Assembly (NCBI GenBank): GCA_004431415.1
Contig: QPMI01000469.1
Coordinates: forward strand, 62,001-126,000
DNA from: Cyanophora paradoxa CCMP329
Taxonomy: Eukaryota; Plantae; Glaucophyta
DNA: 64,000 bases
Reading direction: 5' to 3'
Both the position numbers and the translations under genes were made by a program. The notes under the pieces were generated by a model. It did not search any database. It saw only the letters and a list, made by a program, of their open reading frames with translations, and was not told the DNA's origin. This document shows, piece by piece, positions 1 to 11,671 of this stretch; positions within the stretch are counted from its first letter, which is position 1; each line of letters opens with the position of its first letter.

Positions 1-939
1 GTGATTCGATTACGATCACGATTAGGATCACTTCGTCATTGTTCCGGGGGGGCCCGGGACCACATCGCGATCGATATCGTGGCCTTTGGTAATATCGAAC
101 ACTCCTTGATCTTAGCTATAGTGATCATGACCGAAGACTCCTGGATTGGGAGTGTATATATATAGGGGTTCCAGATCCGTGTCTGCACACTCGCCCTAGC
201 TATCCGGATGAAAATGAGAATTAATCTGGTGGGCACATATGGCATGTAGCTATATATATAGCTAGCTAGAGTGTCCGCGGAGCTATATATAGGGGGCCAC
301 GCATACGCAGGGCCCGGCCCAGCCGGCGCGCGCGGCCGCAGTACCATAGAAGTACACCCAGTACACCCCACACTTGGTAGCCTGGGCTCAGTGTGACTTG
401 TGGTTTGAATTCGTGTCCAAATGCTGCTAGTGAATCATTTTTGAATCCTTTTTTGTGTCACTGGGTACGTCACAGTGCTGCCCATGGCCAGTTGCAATTG
501 ATGAATTCGAAGAATTCGAAACTTGAAATGAGAAAAGTAAGAATGAAAGATTCCTCCCCATGCAGTACGTATACATACGTATACGTATACGTGGCATCGG
601 CTGTGATCATATGCATGCAGACCGGACATCGGATTCGTCGCGATCGCCCCCGCCGAGCTCGAGTCGATCATGCATGCCATGATGCATATGAATTTCCGAA
701 TTCGGATTCACTGTCATTAAGAAACTTGAAACATGCCATATGCATGATAAGCCCGTGCCACTGGGCCATGGTACCTGTGTATTTTTTGACGCGACATTGA
801 CACAAGATGTCGATCACTGAGTCAGCTGCAGCTAGCTATAGCTGTTTGACTGGTACTGTACGTACGTATACATGTACATGTAGCTGCGTATGCGAATCGA
901 AATTGAGCCTCGGAGATTGAAACTGAGGTAAATTGAATA

Positions 940-960
940 AGAGAGAGAGAGAGAGAGAGA
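940..960. repeat. (GA)n microsatellite
   Basis: About 10 GA units read directly. Confidence 0.9.
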
Positions 961-1457
961 AATGCAGTAGACACATCCACGCCAGCACTGCGGCAAGACT
1001 GGGTATGACAAAGCCGCAGAGGCCCCGAATGGGACGTGCAAGGCCCGTCAGGGACCCACTAGCGTGGGGAATGAGTGGAAGCCACGTACAGGACCTGGGC
1101 CACCACCCCCAGGGCGCCAGCAGAATGGAAAGCCAACCTATGTGGACACCCGACGGCGCCACAGAGGAAGAGCCTGAATCCCCGTGGGCTCTACTAGGCT
1201 AAGGAGAAGGAATACAGCCTGTGCATGCCCCGCTCCGGAAGGGACGCAAAAGATGGTGCCGCATCCAGTTGAGAGGCGTGCGGCGGTAGGGCACTGCAGC
1301 ACTGCGGCACTGCGGGGATACGTGCTGGGACGAATCAACTTTCGAACCCCAGATCATGATTGAAATTGTTGGCGATAGAGCATTTGGACAACAATCGAAG
1401 GCGAAATCAAGCTAATGCAGATGCTCTTTCTAGGTGACGGCAGATGGCTGGGCCCAA

Positions 1458-3260
1458 TCATCTTTTTGTTTTCGATTTCCGACCCTGCAGACGGACAACA
1501 GAGAACCTCAAAAAATGATTAAAGGATGGTAAAAGGTCCAATATGTGATCTCACCCAAGGGCGGCTGCCTGCTGCTTGCCACTGATTCCAGTCGAATAAT
1601 TGGCTGTCCAGTGAGGGATCTTCGGATGAAGCCCTTGAAGGTCTGGATGGTGAATGCGCTTCAAGCTCTGGGGGATGCGGAAGCTGGTGGTTGTTGGCGG
1701 GGGCGTTTGGGATGTTGGAGATTCGGGGAAGGCCGGAGGGCGCCGTCCGTGAAAAGCTCTGTGAACCGACACGAAAAGGGACATCACAGAATCGAGCTGT
1801 GAGCTCTATGAAACGTGCTCTGAGAGACAGGGGCAGAGCTGATGGATCAAGCGGTTCGGGAGGGAGGTCGTGTTCTGAAGCGAAGGAAGCGGCTAGCTTC
1901 TCAAAAGTAGGCGAAAAAGGGCCTTGCCGCGAAGTAGCTTGCTGAGTTGTAAGCTCCTTCTGGAGCCGTGCAATCGTGCCCTCAAGGAGGGTGATCTTCG
2001 ACTCTAGAAACTTGATGATGGCCTCCTGCTTCTTGTTGACGGCAACGTCCTGTTCGCATTCTCTCAATTTTTCAGCCGCTGCCTTGACAGCTCGGAGGAG
2101 AGTAGCATTTTTGGAGCAGGCGGCCTCAGCGATTCCTTTCTGCACCGAAAGTTGCCTTCTAAGCTCCTCAGCCTCAGCCACAACGCTCCGGTTCTTCTCC
2201 AGCACGCGTGCCGTCTGTCGCTCGAGATAGAGGAGCTCGGTTTGTAGCTGTGAGCAATTCAGCAATGAAAAGATCGCTTGCTCATAGCCACATTCAAAAC
2301 CAAATATGACCTGCTCATTCTCCTGAATGGTGCGCTTTGTCGTCTGCTCAATGTTCTCGTCTGTAAGTTTTAGAATTGCGTTCCTTGTCTCCTGGACTTT
2401 CGCCAGCATTTCACGCCGGAGCTGATCGCGCTCCTGAACAATTTTCCGCTCCAGGTTTGATTTTTCAACGAGATGCTGACTTTGCATCTTGGCCATCTCG
2501 AGCTTCCTCTCGTGTAGGTCATGCTCAAGCAGCTGCTTTTCCTTCTGGAAAGTCTCCAGTCCCTTGAGCTCCCTTGTCCTTTGCTCAAGCTCTGAGTGTA
2601 TGTGAGAAAAAATAAAGCAATTCGATCCTTCCTTCTTACCCATGATGAGTTGACTTCGTTCTCTCTCTCGTTCCTCTCGTTCCCCTTGCAACTTGATTTC
2701 AAATCCTGCTGTTACTTTTTGGATTTGATACTGTGAAAGAATTCCATATAATGAGTGTTTGCATGAGACAATTAGAAGTTGCTTGCACCTGGAGCTTGCC
2801 GATCATGTCCTTCAGCTCCTCATTCTCGAGGGCTTTAAGTTGTAGCTCATTGGTAAGATAAGCTGATAAAAATCGATCAGCACCACAACCGCGAAGCCAA
2901 GCGCCAGCTATAGCCCCGGCAAAATTAGAGCCAGCCTAGGCCACCTTGAATGTCGTTCTGCGCCTGGGCATCAGATGGAGTGCTGCCGTAGCACAGGGCA
3001 GCCGGCGAACCGCTTCAGAGACTTGCTTTGCAAGCTCTTGCTCCATGCGCTGAAGAGTGCTGCGGTCTTCATCACGTCCACGCTGAAGGCGCTCTGCGGA
3101 GTTGTCACGCCCGCCCCGGGCGCGACGGCTGCTTGGTTGGGCACGCACCGAGCTTCTCAAGCTGTGCCGAGAGTGACAGAATCTGAAGAGCTGTCAGCTA
3201 CAGTCTGCACGAACATGACCAGCAGCGGACCAGGGCCTCCTTCTCTTCCTCGGTGGCCAT
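1458..3260 (-). CDS. CFAP157: Cilia- and flagella-associated coiled-coil protein, CFAP157-like (multi-exon)
   Basis: ORF 1519-2691 has TTKRTIQENEQ-LQTELLYLERQTARVLEKN, resembling the CFAP157 core. Upstream exons (YLTNELQLKALENEELK; ATG at 3260) and a last exon (GRKSKTKR*) are joined by short introns. Confidence 0.7.
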
Positions 3261-3948
3261 GAGACCACAGAATCACACAGATAACCGTCCCGAGATGTCA
3301 CAGCTGGCCGCCCAGCTACTTAGCTAAAAGCGGTCGATCATAGCTAAGACTTCGCTGGCGGAGGGTGCTTCTGCATAGGGCCTGTGCCCTCTAGATCTCA
3401 CTGCCGAGTCGATGCCCTCTGAGCTCGGAGCGCTTGGCCAGGATTGCAATCCAATTGCCTGAGAATTTGCCTCTGCTTTGGGTACGGTAATTGTAAAAAT
3501 TAAACCTCCGCGCCTTTTTTTCTGCGCGCCCCCAACTTCGAATTCGAAATTCGATCGATATCGCGTGCCAGCGAGCCTGCGACTAGGCTGCGAGTAGTCG
3601 AGTCGACGTCGACGTCGGCGAGTCGGCGACGTCGACTCGGCGCCGATCGCGAGTCGCCGCCGACCGGACTCGGCGAGTCGACGTCGTCGGCGCCGACTCG
3701 GCGGCGAGCCTGGCGCATGGCCCAGTACTAGCTAGTGGCGAGTCGACGTCGGCGGCGTATAGTCACTACCGGAGTAGCCTAGTAGCTCTGTTCATGCCAT
3801 GCGCGTCGTACCGCATTCGTAGTATACGTGAGCGGAGTTCGGAGTGTGGCAAGGTTGCCTGTCGTGCGGGGTGTCCGTCGCACAGGGCCAGGCGATCCCT
3901 ACCGCAGATTCAGCGGTGTCCGGCTTGATGCGAAAGTAGAGCGATACG

Positions 3949-6392
3949 ATGGACGCATCGACGTTTTTCAACTTTCCCCAGATGCCCCCGGGCCCGAACA
4001 TGCGACCACCAATGCCTCCAGGCATGGGCATGCCGCCGATGCCGCCTCCGCCGATGCCAGGCCCGCCCCCAATGCCGTGGATGAGTGCGTCGGGCCGTTC
4101 AAACTGACTCGATGGTTGTCCCGCTGTAACGAGCTTCCACGCCAGGCGCAGAAGGGCCTCCGATGCCGCCGATGGGAGGCCCGATGATGGGGCCGATGGG
4201 CATGCCGAACATCTTCCAGCAAAACCCGTTCTCGATGCCCTTTCTGGTGCGTAGGCGGTTCCTTGGCCCGTTCTGGCCGTGCTGAAGCTGGGCACAGCCG
4301 CCGCCTATGCTTCCGCCGCCACCGATGGGCCCCGATGCGAACTTCAAACGGGACTTCGGCCCGGTGAGTTGATCCGATCCGCCTTGATTCGGCCGTCCCT
4401 CACGCTCCCCGTAAAGGACAACGGGCTGTTCGGGCCTACGCGCGTACCTCCGCCAGGCATCCAGCACCTCCTGTCTCCCCCGCCGAATGACCCGCCTATT
4501 CAACGCAAGCGGCCGTACGATCCGACGCGCGATGACAACGAGTGGCCGCCTTCGCGCCGAACAGCAAATCTTCCGCCCCAGTTAAGCCCTGCAGACACCT
4601 CCGAGCCAGCGTGGGGCGCGCCGCCTCCGCCGCCGGCGGATGGACCGAAGAAGAAGCGCTCGAAGCAGCAGCAGCAACAGCAGCCGCAGCAGCAGCAGGA
4701 AGCGCCGGCGGCCGCTGCGTGGGGGGACCGGCCCGACGTCGCCTGCAGCTTCCTGGACGGCGCCCAGCCGTCTTCTTCGGCCCCAGCGCCAAAGCCCAAG
4801 AAATCGAAGAAGTCTGCGGCCTCTGCGGCCGAGGTGACTGCTCGCGCCTCGTCTCTCGCGCCGTCCCTCGACTTCCCGCCGGCGCCGCTACCTGCGCCTG
4901 CGTCGTCCTCGTCGGCGCCACCCGACCCGCCTGCGCCGCGAGCACGGCCCTGGGTGGAGGGCAAGCCGATCAAGGAGCCCGCGTACGCGCGGCTCGCGGG
5001 CCCCGAGGTCGATCTCTACATCCGGTCCCTCTCGGTTGTGCTCGGCCGGGGCCCGCACCCCTCCGTCGACCTGAGCATAGGCAAGGAGGAGCGCATCCCG
5101 CGGCGCGCCGCCCGCATCTACTGGAGCCAGAAATCCTCCGCCTTCGTTGTGGAGTGGCTCTCGGGCCCGCCCATCTGGGCCGGCCACGCGCAGCTCGGTC
5201 CAAACTCTAAACCCCTCTCCCTCAAGTCCCGGACCCTCATCAGCATCTCCGAAAAGTGCGGCGGGACCTCTTTTCCCGGGAAACCAACTGTTCACTCACG
5301 TCGAATTACAGGCACTTCTGGTTCCTCCTTCCCCGCACGACGTCGGACGAGCCCCCGCCGCCGATCGCGGTGCCCGTCCAACCCCCGCCTCCAGCCGCCG
5401 CATCCGCTCTCCGCTTCGGCCCGGTCCCTCCGATGGGCCCCCCCTTCCCCCGCTCTATGCCGCCGATGATGGCCCCGAACCTTGGCCCGTTTCCCTCATT
5501 CTCCTTTCCCGGAGCCCCGCTCCCGTTTGGCGGGCCTCTGCCTCCGCCGTCTATGCCGACGCTTCCGCCCTCGCCGCTCCAGCAGCCCCGCCCCTCGGCG
5601 CCCTCGGCGGTGCAGGGGCCGGAGCAGGCGCCGCCGAGCCCGACGCGGTCGGAGGGCGAGCCGGAGGCGGGTCTCGTCCCCGCGGACGGTGGCGTCGGCA
5701 AGTCGGGGATCCCGCAGATCAAGCCGCCGGGCTGCATGAAGCTGCTCGTCGGGCAGGCGATCCTCGCGACGGCCGGCCGAGCCGCCGTCGTCTCGGGCAT
5801 CCTCTCCTGGATCGCCCAGCGGGCCCCCGACGCACGCGACGCGCCCAGCACGCAGCTCCAGCGATGGCACAACTCTATCCGGCACAACCTCACGTCGTCG
5901 CCCCAGCTCTTCCTGAAGCTGGCGCGCCCCGATACCGCCCGCAACAAGGGCCTCTACTGGCGTGTCACCCCATCCCTCGAGCGCTGGTTCGCCGTCGGGC
6001 TCCTGCCCCCGGAGGTCCGGGACGGCTCGCCGGGGACCAAGTTCCAACCGCACCCGGACGGCCCCATCCCCGCCGGCGAGACCATGCCGATCATGTACCC
6101 CGGTGAAATCGTCGTGGCGGCCGAGCGGGCGGGGATGAGCCTGCCCCACGCCGAGGTCTCTGCTTCCATTGAGGCGGCGTTCCTCGCTGCAGGCCCCATC
6201 CTCTCCACCGGCTCGACGCCATCCTCCGTCGTGCAACCCACGCCGCTCTCTTCCTCATCCTCCTCCCCTGCAGCGCCTGGCGCCACTTCCCCTCGGCCCT
6301 CGAGCTCCTCCGTTCCCCTCCCTGGCTTCTTCTCCTCGGGGGGGCGCCTCTCCGCCCCCGATGCCGCCTCCTCCGCCAACCCTAACAGTTAA
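3949..6392 (+). CDS. FHA-like + forkhead domain transcription factor (Fkh/FOXK-type architecture), multi-exon
   Basis: Pro/Met-rich N-terminus; FHA-like AYARLAG..VVLGRG..VDL..HFWFLLP; forkhead motifs KPP..QAI..WI..WHNSIRHNLT..FLKLARP..KGLYW. Confidence 0.8.
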
Positions 6393-7212
6393 TCGCCCCG
6401 CTCACATGTGTGTATGTACTATGCATTCGATCGTGACACGTGACGTTCGCCAGCTGTTAACTAGCAGCACTTCTGTGGTCTACGCTGGGTGCGCGGTGCC
6501 TTGCCCGAAGGCTCGGCCACGGCCGGCCGTTCCGCCATGAGATCTACATCTTGAGAGCAAGTTGCAAGTTTGCTTGAGAGCACGCCCCCCCGGCGGGCCC
6601 TTCAGAGGGCCCTGCCTGCGTTGTCCGCGGCTTCTCGCCCCGTAGGTAGCACCGCCTCTTCTAGCTCGCGTTGTCCGCAGCTAGTATGCCAGTGTTATCA
6701 ATGTGCAAGTTTGCCGTTCCGCTCTGACTCGAGCTACTATAGCTACTCCAGTTTCAAGTTCAACGGTTTGCCATTATCATTACGTGCACGTACGCGTACG
6801 CGTACGCGTGCATGCGCATGCACGTGGCAGCTGCAGCGCGCCCCCGGCCCGGCGGCCGCGCCGCGCGCGCGCGCTAGCGCTGCAGCTGCCGGCCGCGGCC
6901 GGGTGCCGCGGCGCGCGTCGCGCCGCGGCGCGCGCGGCACATTGCATGCATGCGCAAGCCTTGAAGCTTTAAGTTAAATTCCTCCGCGAGGCTCGGGTCA
7001 CTGCGCGCGGCGTCAGCTCACAGCTAGATAGCTATAGCGCTGCAGCTGTAGGGCGCGCAATCACGGATTGGCGCTCATGATCAGCGGCTATAGCTAGCCG
7101 TCACACCGAAATTCTGCCTGGAATCTGCCATGGTGGGCGGGTACAGTTATTATTGTCATCCATCAGCACGAGCAGCGCGCGCAGCTCTAGAGTTGCCTAC
7201 CAGGCCAGCGCA

Positions 7213-8330
7213 ATGGCACCAGCCAAGGCAAATCCCCACGACGTGTTAGAAGCGACGCTCGCGTTTGCAGCGCGCCCCGAAGAGTCTTACGCCGAGTTTT
7301 TGCGCTTGGTTCCCGCGGCTAAGGACCATCCGCGCGCTTCGAATATGCCATCTGCGTCGCTCTTGATCATGCCGGTGCGCCGCTATTGGAATTGATTTAC
7401 AGCCGGCGCCGTACAAAGCGCCCGAAAGCCTTCGCCCGGGCGAACTGCAGCTGCTGCGAATTTGTTCCGCGCTCACGCTCCGTTGCATATACGTATACAG
7501 GAGAACGCGGGAGACTGTCTCGGCGAGGACGAGGAGGAGCGCGATGAGCGCTCCAACGTGGACGACCTCGCGTCAGAGGAGGGCGAGTGGATCGACATGA
7601 GCGCCCCTGCGCAAATCACCGGCGGCCTCAGCAGGCCTCCTTCAGCTGGAGACCTGCGGCCCCTGCTCCACAACTTCGTCGAGGAGGCGGCTGAATTGCG
7701 CGGCGTGGGCAGGGAGTCAATCGCGAACGAGAGTGATGAAGAGCCCACCTACGTTCCCAGCTTCTCTCGCTCGGCGACGTTGTCCCGCACCCCAGCTGCA
7801 GCTGCAGTTCAACCCGCCCCGCCCATCTCTGCCGGCCATGAGGCACGGGGACCACCGAAGAACGCCCCCTCCCCTCCCTCGCCGATCGCTACGCCAGCAC
7901 TGCCTTCTGCGGGTGCCGAAGAGGAGTCACATCCGGAAGCGCTCGAGAGCGTGGTGGTGGATGGTATCCTCACTTCGAACTTTCGCTGTGATTCTTCCAG
8001 CTTTTAATTCGTGCTGGATCCCAGAGAGCGAAGACGGCTTGACAGTAGCAGCGCAGCGACGGATGCGGCTTCTCGCGTCTGGCGACGTCGTACCCGGCCT
8101 TGTGGACGAGGAGGACAAGGTACCCTTCGGACCCGTAATGAAGGCGACTGTTAGGGCCCCTTCTGACCTGCATTCCCTGCAGGCGGAGGCAAACGGGGAG
8201 GCGAACGGGGCGGGGCTGGAGGAACACGGTATTGACGAGGAGGGGCCGGATCCGTTGCTCTCTGCCCCGGTGCGCTAGCTATATATAGGATCCAGAGCCG
8301 CCCTGCGCCTCTCCCCGCCATCGCTGAGCT
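7213..8330 (+). CDS. Acidic low-complexity protein, weak resemblance to IFT-associated protein (C11orf74/IFTAP-like), multi-exon
   Basis: Exon-like segments ESYAEFLRL, NFVEE, PTYVPSF, VVPGLVDEE separated by short intron-like gaps. Family call and 3' end uncertain. Confidence 0.3.
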
Positions 8331-8413
8331 GCCAATCCGTCCCAAAATAGCTACCGGACGCAAGCGACGACCCTGATGCATGCGTCAAGTGCGCAATTGC
8401 AAACGCTGCGCTG

Positions 8414-8770
8414 CCCGCCCCCCCCCCCCCCCCCTCCCCCCCCCTTCCCCCTCGTCAGGGCCTCGCGTGCACATGTACCATGCGCGACGGACCAGCTGAC
8501 TTTGTGACGCGGGGGCGCTGGCAGGTTCTCCCTCGACCCCACTTTCGACTACGACCACTGCCCCTCACCCCGAAGCCCACCATTTTCGCCCCCGGGGGCG
8601 ACCAATGGGGGCAGGCTTTCCCCAGCAGGGCCGTGATTGCAGTTTATTCCGTGGTGTCTGTTCAATAGCTCTGCATTCCTGCGGTAAATTTGGGGCCCGG
8701 GGAGGGGGGGGGGGGGGCGGGGGGCGGAGGGGGGGGGGGGGGGGCGGGGGGGAGAGGCGGGGGGGGGCGT
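8414..8770. repeat. Poly-C tract (8414-8450) and poly-G tract (8692-8770); G-quadruplex-capable
   Basis: Long interrupted homopolymer runs read directly. Confidence 0.8.
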
Positions 8771-9066
8771 GAGGGGGGTACCGGTACCACCGCACCGTTG
8801 CACCATAATTATAAGGAGAGCTGTCACGTCAGGAGAGCTGTCAAGGCCACGGCGACGAGCATGGCCTCCGATACGCGCCTGACCGTCGGACCAAGGGGTG
8901 GCTCCGGATCCTTGACCCGGTGACCCCCCCAATTGCAAGCCTTGCAAGCCCGTTCTGCCAGCTGGCGCCGGCCATGCCATGATGGTCGTGCCAGGCCCTC
9001 TATTTAATTTCCGCCGCGAGCCGCCCTTGTTCATCCCGAACGCACTTCGCATCTATATATATATAG

Positions 9067-11489
9067 CTCAGCGGCTAGATCTGTACTCCGAAAAGTTCTG
9101 TATTCTAGATCTGTTCTATTCTAGATCTGTTCTATTCCGAATGCCGCATGCGCAGTGCATGCGCAGTCGCTGAGTCGACCCCCTTCTCAGAGTCTCACTC
9201 ACTGAGTCACGATCGATATCACCCAGCTACAGCTACCAGTTGTTGCCAGCCTGGTTTCCACTGAGTCGAGCCACTCATACCATGTACCCCAGTCAGTAGT
9301 CTCGCTGTACCCTCCGGGACCGCACCACGGCTCCCAATACAGCCCCACCACCCCTCGGGGCAATCTCGCGTGTAGCGCACGGGCTGGGAGCACAGCTGGG
9401 CAGCCACAGCACAGCAGAGCGGGCCAACAACGCCAATAATACCCTCGCCGCGACAGCCGCTGGCCCCGTCGACGGACGCTGCGGACGTCGATGCGCCGGT
9501 GGAGAGTCCGTGGATTCTACATGGTGGAGAGTGCGCGCGATCGCTGGACTACGAGAAGGAGGGACGATCGGCACGGAGGCCGAATCTTCAAAAGCGGAGG
9601 GAGGAGAAGAAGACGGCGATCCCAACCGCGACCGTAGCGATGTGCTCGTCAGCAGCAGCACCGGGTGATGCCCCGCGACCGGCCCTCGCTCGCGCGCTGG
9701 ACCGCGTCGGACCGTCGGGTGATTCCCGTGCCGCCTGCAGCAGCCTTGGCAGCTGGGTGATTCCAGCGTAATCCGTGCGGCCTGATCGAGAGCTGGTGTT
9801 CTTTCCACGTCGATCAGCGCCATCGCGCATCGGAGGCCGGGTGATTCCGGCATGAGCCTCGGCTTGCGTACCTCAGCGACTCAACACGCCGCGCTCCGCG
9901 CGCGTGAGCAAGGGCGCCAAAGGCGAGCGCTGTCTGCGAGTGCTGCGCGTCCGGGAGTCCGCCCAACCAGACCGGCGCGCACTTCAAAGGCTTGGCCGCG
10001 ATCGCCCGGACCTGCGCGTACGGACTGGAGGCGGCGACCAAGCTACATCTTCACGCTGAAGATACGCTCTCTCTCATTCTTTCCGTCGCATTAGCAGCTC
10101 GCCCCCCGAGAGTCGCTCTTAGAAGGGAACCATCTATGCGTGTCCCGCGACTCGGCTACCCATGCCAGTCGCCTTGAGAGTCTATGAGCTTTGAGAGTCT
10201 ATCTTGCTTCCGACTGAGAGTCTGTCGCAACCGACTGGGAGTCCGGCCCCGCGCCGTTCAGTCGTGACCCTTATCGCTGTCCGATGGCCCACGGATGATG
10301 TATCCGATGCGGCGTTGCCCCTTCCAATCCGGATGATGTATCCGATGAGTCGCATAGCCTGCCATGGCCCGTTGGAGCCCCAAAGAGAGTTGCCTCGCCG
10401 GTCCCGAGCTGCTAGCCTCCCGCCTGAGTGATGGCCCCTGCGGAAGGATGGCTCTGACCGATCCCTCTTGCTGTCTTGCTCAGATGCGGCCACTCGCAAT
10501 CGAGGCTTCAAGATGACCAGACTTACCTTGCGTGCCGCGCGTCACACCCGTCTTTACGATGGCCGTGATTGCCCGAGCCGCCCCTCCCCGTCGCTGACGT
10601 GCTGTACCCCGACGTCGATGTCCCCGGCCCTGCCCCTTGCATCCTTTGCCGTTCTCCATTCCTCTTTTGAGTCTTCCCATTTCCTTTCCCGTTGGGTGGT
10701 GGTTTTCTGCCTGGTCTCTTGCTGTGGGATGCAAGTGCCGGTGCCTCTCTGTATGGCCCCCAGGGTCCCATCAGTGGCTTGGCCTCTTCAGACCTCGCGC
10801 CTCGCTGCTGCCCTGGATAGCGGGTTCTTTCTCATCCCTGTCCTTTCTCGTGCAGTTCCGTAGTGGCTTCATCCTTACCAGTGAGGGAGATCCCCCCTCG
10901 GTAGCTTTCGCCTTACCAGTGAGGGAGATCCCTGTACCCCTCGTTCCCTCGGCGTACCCCTCGATCTTTCGGACGGCCTTTGAGAGTTGTACCCCTTCTG
11001 GCCCTTGGTTCATTGCCAGGCCTAGGCGTTTTCCGTCCCGGCCCCGACCACGCGGGCGTAGTCGTTGCCGTTCCGATGTGGACCACGTGGACGTGGTCGT
11101 ACCAGTGAGGGAGATGTTGCCAGCCTGGTTTCCACTGAGTCGAGCCACTCATACCATGTACCCCAGTCAGTAGTCTCGCTGTACCCTCCGGGACCGCACC
11201 ACGGCTCCCAATACAGCCCCACCACCCCTCGGGGCAATCTCGCGTGTAGCGCACGGGCTGGGAGCACAGCTGGGCAGCCACAGCACAGCAGAGCGGGCCA
11301 ACAACGCCAATAATACTCAGCGGCTAGATCTGTACTCCGAAAAGTTCTGTATTCTAGATCTGTTCTATTCTAGATCTGTTCTATTCCGAATGCCGCATGC
11401 GCAGTGCATGCGCAGTCGCTGAGTCGACCCCCTTCTCAGAGTCTCACTCACTGAGTCACGATCGATATCACCCAGCTACAGCTACCAGT
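9067..11489. mobile_element. Non-coding element with nested direct repeats A-B-X-B-A (A 174 bp; B 202 bp, LTR-like)
   Basis: A1 9067-9240 = A2 11316-11489; B1 9241-9442 = B2 11115-11316. B starts TGTTG, and B2 is preceded by purine tract GAGGGAGA. No recognisable gag/pol ORF inside. Confidence 0.75.
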
Positions 11490-11671
11490 ACTGCAACCGT
11501 TGAACACACGTGCACGTACCCGCCGCGGCGCTTCAGCTTGCAATTTGTAAATCATGAATATTTTTAGAGTACCGCAGCCATATGCATGGCCACGAGCTGC
11601 ATAAAACGCCGTTGCGTAACCAAAGGAATTGAAGCCCTTGATCATGAGGAGGTATGTCAGGTTCAGCAGAG

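Noticed and set aside
9067-11489. Penelope-like or autonomous DIRS/Ngaro element
   Set aside because: No hammerhead core seen in repeat B, no RT or tyrosine recombinase ORF, and the repeat order differs from Ngaro.
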